DNA of 64,000 nucleotides from Candidatus Poribacteria bacterium (GTDB lineage Bacteria; Poribacteria; WGA-4E; PCPOR2b): NCBI GenBank assembly GCA_965208675.1, contig OZ242351.1, positions 3,936,001 to 4,000,000 of the forward strand, read 5' to 3'. Shown piece by piece: positions 60,602 to 64,000 of this stretch (position 1 is its first letter; each line of letters starts with the position of its first letter). The notes under the pieces were generated by a model. It saw only the letters and a program-made list of their open reading frames with translations, ran no database searches and was not told where the DNA came from. The position numbers and the translations under genes were made by a program.

Positions 60602-61984
60602 TCAAGCCGCATATTGTTTCGCGAGCATTTCGGCATGAAGCGCAACTTTGCGGATGGCGGCGAGCACGCCCGCCGCTGCGTCGGGGATCGGATCTGCCAA
60701 AACCGGCAGAAACACCAACCGCGAGCAGGTTTTTTCACTGATGGGTAAATCGCCCGCAGCCGTGCCGCGGTAATCACCGCCCATTTCGGGCGTGCACAAG
60801 GCACCTCGTCCCTCGGTGTAAATATCTAGCCCTTCCGTAAACAGCGGTAGGTTGTGGAGAAGCGGATACGGGTTGTCGTTGGTCGGCAAGCTGCCCGAGA
60901 AGATTGGTACCCCGTCGCCGACTAGAAGCGGGTACGGATTATTGTTCGCGAGAACCCCCTCTTTTCGGAGCGCATCTGCAAAGACAGGCGCCGGTAATCC
61001 GCTAAGCTCAGCCTGATCGTAATGGACCGGGAAACCAAAGAATCCCGCCGGTTCTGTTCCCGCATACCTTTCAACAGGACTTACCCCCGGAATTGATTCC
61101 AATCCGCCTGACACCTCTTGAATGTATGCGCGGCGCTTCGCGTTCAGCGCATCCAGTTTCTTCATCTGCACCGATGCGATGCCGATTGCGAGCGGGTGCG
61201 CGCGGTATTTGACGCCAAGCCCCATCGGGGGGAGATGCTTGTATTTGGAACTTCCCCCTTCAATTTTAACCGAACGGTTCACCTGGCCAAGTAAACAAGC
61301 GCGCTCAAACACCGCGGGGTCGTTGGTTGCTAGTACCCCGCCTTCACCGGCGCTCACCGGTTTGCTGCCTTGTAAACTCCAAGCACCGGCGTGTCCGATG
61401 CTGCCGCACGGCTTCCCTTTGTAACTTGCGCCGTGTGCGTGAGAGCAATCCTCTATCACCGGCACCCCAGTCTCCTCACTCAACGCCATCAGCGCATCCA
61501 TATCGCAGACATTCCCCCACAGGTGCACCGCCACAATCGCTTTCGTCCGGTCAGTGATGCGCCGCCGCACATCTGCCGCGTCAATTAGCAAAGTTCGCGG
61601 GTCAATCTCGCAAAATACCGGTTTCGCCATCAGCATCAACGCCGGCGTAATCGAACAGATCCACGTATAAGTCGGGCAGATGACTTCATCACCGGGACCA
61701 ACCCCGAGGCCGAACATGGCGCTGTGAATCGCCGCGGTTCCGTTGATAAGGCTAATCGCAAATTCGGTGTGATGTCGTTCACGCCACATCTCCTCAAACT
61801 CCTGAACCACTGGAGATGCCCCGGATAGCTCGTTCCGCAGCGTCATCTCATAAGCAATCTGCGCTTCAGCCTCCGTGATTTGCCGCCACTGTTCTAGTTT
61901 TGGATAAGCCGAGGCTGGGTCAGATTCAAAGACCGGCGTTCCGCCCAGAGCGGCAGGCAGGTTTTTCAGATCCAAATTTGGCAT
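60602..61984 (-). CDS. DegT/DnrJ/EryC1/StrS aminotransferase
   Basis: NGTAAI, VHLWG, IEDCSHAHG, WSLQGSKPVSAGEGG. Confidence 0.9.
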   Translation of the reverse strand: MPNLDLKNLPAALGGTPVFESDPASAYPKLEQWRQITEAEAQIAYEMTLRNELSGASPVVQEFEEMWRERHHTEFAISLINGTAAIHSAMFGLGVGPGDEVICPTYTWICSITPALMLMAKPVFCEIDPRTLLIDAADVRRRITDRTKAIVAVHLWGNVCDMDALMALSEETGVPVIEDCSHAHGASYKGKPCGSIGHAGAWSLQGSKPVSAGEGGVLATNDPAVFERACLLGQVNRSVKIEGGSSKYKHLPPMGLGVKYRAHPLAIGIASVQMKKLDALNAKRRAYIQEVSGGLESIPGVSPVERYAGTEPAGFFGFPVHYDQAELSGLPAPVFADALRKEGVLANNNPYPLLVGDGVPIFSGSLPTNDNPYPLLHNLPLFTEGLDIYTEGRGALCTPEMGGDYRGTAAGDLPISEKTCSRLVFLPVLADPIPDAAAGVLAAIRKVALHAEMLAKQYAA

Positions 61985-62118
61985 GGGATGTAGATTAACC
62001 CCTGGTGAATTTCAATCTGTGTCGAACCCCAAATGCGAATTGGCATTTCACCTTAATAGTCAATTCCATTCAATTTTACTCCTTACTCCTTACGCATTAT
62101 TCTCCACACATGTTTCGA

Positions 62119-62146
62119 TAGGTGCGGTTTCCAAACCCCACTTACC
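62119..62146 (+). repeat. REP-like palindrome
   Basis: TAGGTGCGGTTT-CC-AAACCCCACTTA, an imperfect inverted repeat in intergenic DNA. Confidence 0.45.
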
Positions 62147-62536
62147 GCAGCGTAATTGTGACATCTGCGCAACGCTGTTGTATCACTTCTGCAACAGGTT
62201 CTCTGAATTCAACCTTGTAAATCCTGGTCCGGGCTGGTGTTTGATTTTGGCATTTAAATTGCAATTTGCTAGGGAAGAATAGCATATTTGATCGCATTTG
62301 TCAATACGGCGCAAGTTCCCGCTAGCAGACCCATTCACCTTTAAGCCGGTTTCTACCCTTGCAATCCTAAGAACTGCCGGGGCAGGTTGTTACGAAAATT
62401 GTGTAACTTGTGCATAAAAAAAATTAGTCTTTCAGGCTTCTCTTTGTCGTATTAGAGAGCACTCTCCAACACACTTGACAGCAAGTGCGCCTTAGGCTAC
62501 AATGCAAGAAATTATCGTTCAATAAGAAAGAGATTA

Positions 62537-64000
62537 ATGCGCCAAAAATTTAACAGGTATTTCAATGTATTGACGCTCATTTTGCTAGCGTTCTTGCCGC
62601 CGCTCCTGTTTGCGCAAGGCGCAGGTCGTATCAACGGATATCTGCACGACAAAGTTTCCGGATCCCCATTGCCATACGCTAGAATCATACTGGGTGACAC
62701 TCAATTCACCGCCGTGTCCGATGTACACGGTTATTATGTGTTGAGCGGAATACCCACGGGTAACTACAAGCTAATCGTTTCAAAGGCGCGGTATGAGCGC
62801 GTCGAGAAGGAGATTGAAATTCAGCCGGACGGTGAGCTAAGGCTCGATATTGAGGTCGCGCCGGAAGCGGTTGAACTTGAGGAAGTGACGGTAACAGGGG
62901 AATTAACGCGGTTTAAAGAAGATGTAGAAATCAGCCGCACGCACATCAGTTCTGAAGACATAGTAAATACCCCGTCATTTGTTGAAGCCGATGTCTTTCG
63001 CACAATCCAACAACTCCCGAGTGTCACTTCACAGAGCGACTTCAGCTCCGCGCTCATCGTACGCGGCGGAAGGCCCGATGAAAACTTGGTTCTGGTGGAT
63101 GGCGCGGAGATTTATAACCCTTATCATCTTGGCGGGTTGTTCTCCACTTTCAATGCGGACACTATTGCCGATGCTAAATTCCTAGCGGGCGGCTATCCCG
63201 CAGAGTACCCCGGTAGACTGTCATCTATCTTGGACATCACCTCAAGAGAGGGGAAGCAGATTAAGGGAAAAGGAGAAGTCTCGCTCCTCAGCAGCAAAAT
63301 GATGCTGGAAGGGCCGTTCTATAAGGGGGCTTGGATAATCTCCGGTAGAAGAACCTACTTCGATCTCATTGCCGAACGGTTCAACCGCGCAAGAGGAGAG
63401 GATCAGGACTGGCGATACTACTTTTGGGACGGTCAAATCAAAATCTTTAGCGATCTGAATGCGGAAAACAGGTTGACCTTCTCGACCTTTGATGGACGTG
63501 ATGTTCTGACGTTTTTCTATACTGGCGAAGATGAGTATTCGGACGACACCACAGATTTCAACTGGAATTGGGGGAATAATGCACCCAGCTTGAAGTGGCG
63601 GTACGTTCCAAACGCGAAATTCTTCTCAGAACTTGTATTAACGCGCTCCAATTTCGATTTTGACGTGGATCTGGAAGTCACCGAAGTCGACATTGATGCT
63701 AGCGAAGACCAAACTGTCGCTATGGCGAACAACCAGATTCAGGACTACTCGATCTCGGAACGGTTAACTTGGTATCTTTCGCCTCAGCATACCCTTAAGA
63801 TGGGAGCCACGGCAAAAAAACTGAACATGGAATTTAATTTGCATGTGGATAATGTCAATTACTTCGACGTCGCGCAAGACGCCTACATCTTTAACGCCTT
63901 CATTCAAGATAAATGGAAACTCAACGACCTGCTCTCGCTTCAGTTCGGATTGCGCGGCACCAAATATGAGTTGCACGATAACATCTATCTCGATCCGCGT
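62537..64000 (+). CDS. TonB-dependent receptor with N-terminal carboxypeptidase-regulatory-like domain, partial (runs off window)
   Basis: Hand translation from ATG 62537: MRQKFN... signal peptide, GRINGYLHD...GYYVLSGIPTGNY, LEEVTVTG, plug DVFRTIQQLPSV...LIVRGGRPDENLVLVDGAEIYNPYHLGGLFSTFN. Absent from the ORF track, probably because it has no stop in the window. Confidence 0.9.
   Translation, partial: MRQKFNRYFNVLTLILLAFLPPLLFAQGAGRINGYLHDKVSGSPLPYARIILGDTQFTAVSDVHGYYVLSGIPTGNYKLIVSKARYERVEKEIEIQPDGELRLDIEVAPEAVELEEVTVTGELTRFKEDVEISRTHISSEDIVNTPSFVEADVFRTIQQLPSVTSQSDFSSALIVRGGRPDENLVLVDGAEIYNPYHLGGLFSTFNADTIADAKFLAGGYPAEYPGRLSSILDITSREGKQIKGKGEVSLLSSKMMLEGPFYKGAWIISGRRTYFDLIAERFNRARGEDQDWRYYFWDGQIKIFSDLNAENRLTFSTFDGRDVLTFFYTGEDEYSDDTTDFNWNWGNNAPSLKWRYVPNAKFFSELVLTRSNFDFDVDLEVTEVDIDASEDQTVAMANNQIQDYSISERLTWYLSPQHTLKMGATAKKLNMEFNLHVDNVNYFDVAQDAYIFNAFIQDKWKLNDLLSLQFGLRGTKYELHDNIYLDPR

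Noticed and set aside
1-64000. Numerous 60-210 aa ORFs antisense to or overlapping well-supported genes; also looked for tRNA/rRNA
   Set aside because: Shadow ORFs with no motifs or RBS; no tRNA or rRNA signatures were recognised.

Overview
A bacterial window, most likely from Candidatus Poribacteria. This is an inference from the repeated C-terminal 'AV(E/D)xxGKxATTWxxLK' motifs on LamG proteins, a WD40 protein ending in 'LLQNYPNPFNPETWIPYQL', and the intergenic repeat types. From about 14 kb onward the window is largely housekeeping and catabolic genes: trpBA, fabV, phosphomannomutase, rph-rdgB, alr, purF/purM, bioA, glpD-like, DegT aminotransferases, three tandem LamG proteins, a WD40 protein and a partial TonB-dependent receptor. 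The most interesting part is the minus-strand cluster at about 0.4-14 kb. A sigma-54 promoter (12870-12885) with symmetric upstream enhancer-like repeats precedes: (1) a UshA-like/thioredoxin/CcdA-DsbD fusion; (2) a 150-aa protein with a Sec-type signal peptide, a double-glycine leader motif (LTPNTMSQIVGG) and a 97-aa core holding 12 Cys; (3) a signal-peptide-bearing C39 peptidase fused to DUF1573-like Ig domains with no ABC transporter; then coiled-coil membrane/lipoproteins, an FGE-fold lipoprotein, a GT-C glycosyltransferase, a GspC/PilP-like protein and a GT2. This looks like an extracytoplasmic (ABC-independent) double-glycine, disulfide-rich peptide maturation system. In this genome it shows decay: an IS3 insertion, a GT2 pseudogene and an N-terminally truncated sigma-54 activator. 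Other oddities are an orphan FliG-like gene coupled to purM, a ferredoxin-membrane-Hsp20-like fusion, and a LamG pair with identical mature proteins. All calls come from reading the sequence and recalled family motifs; no database searches were run.
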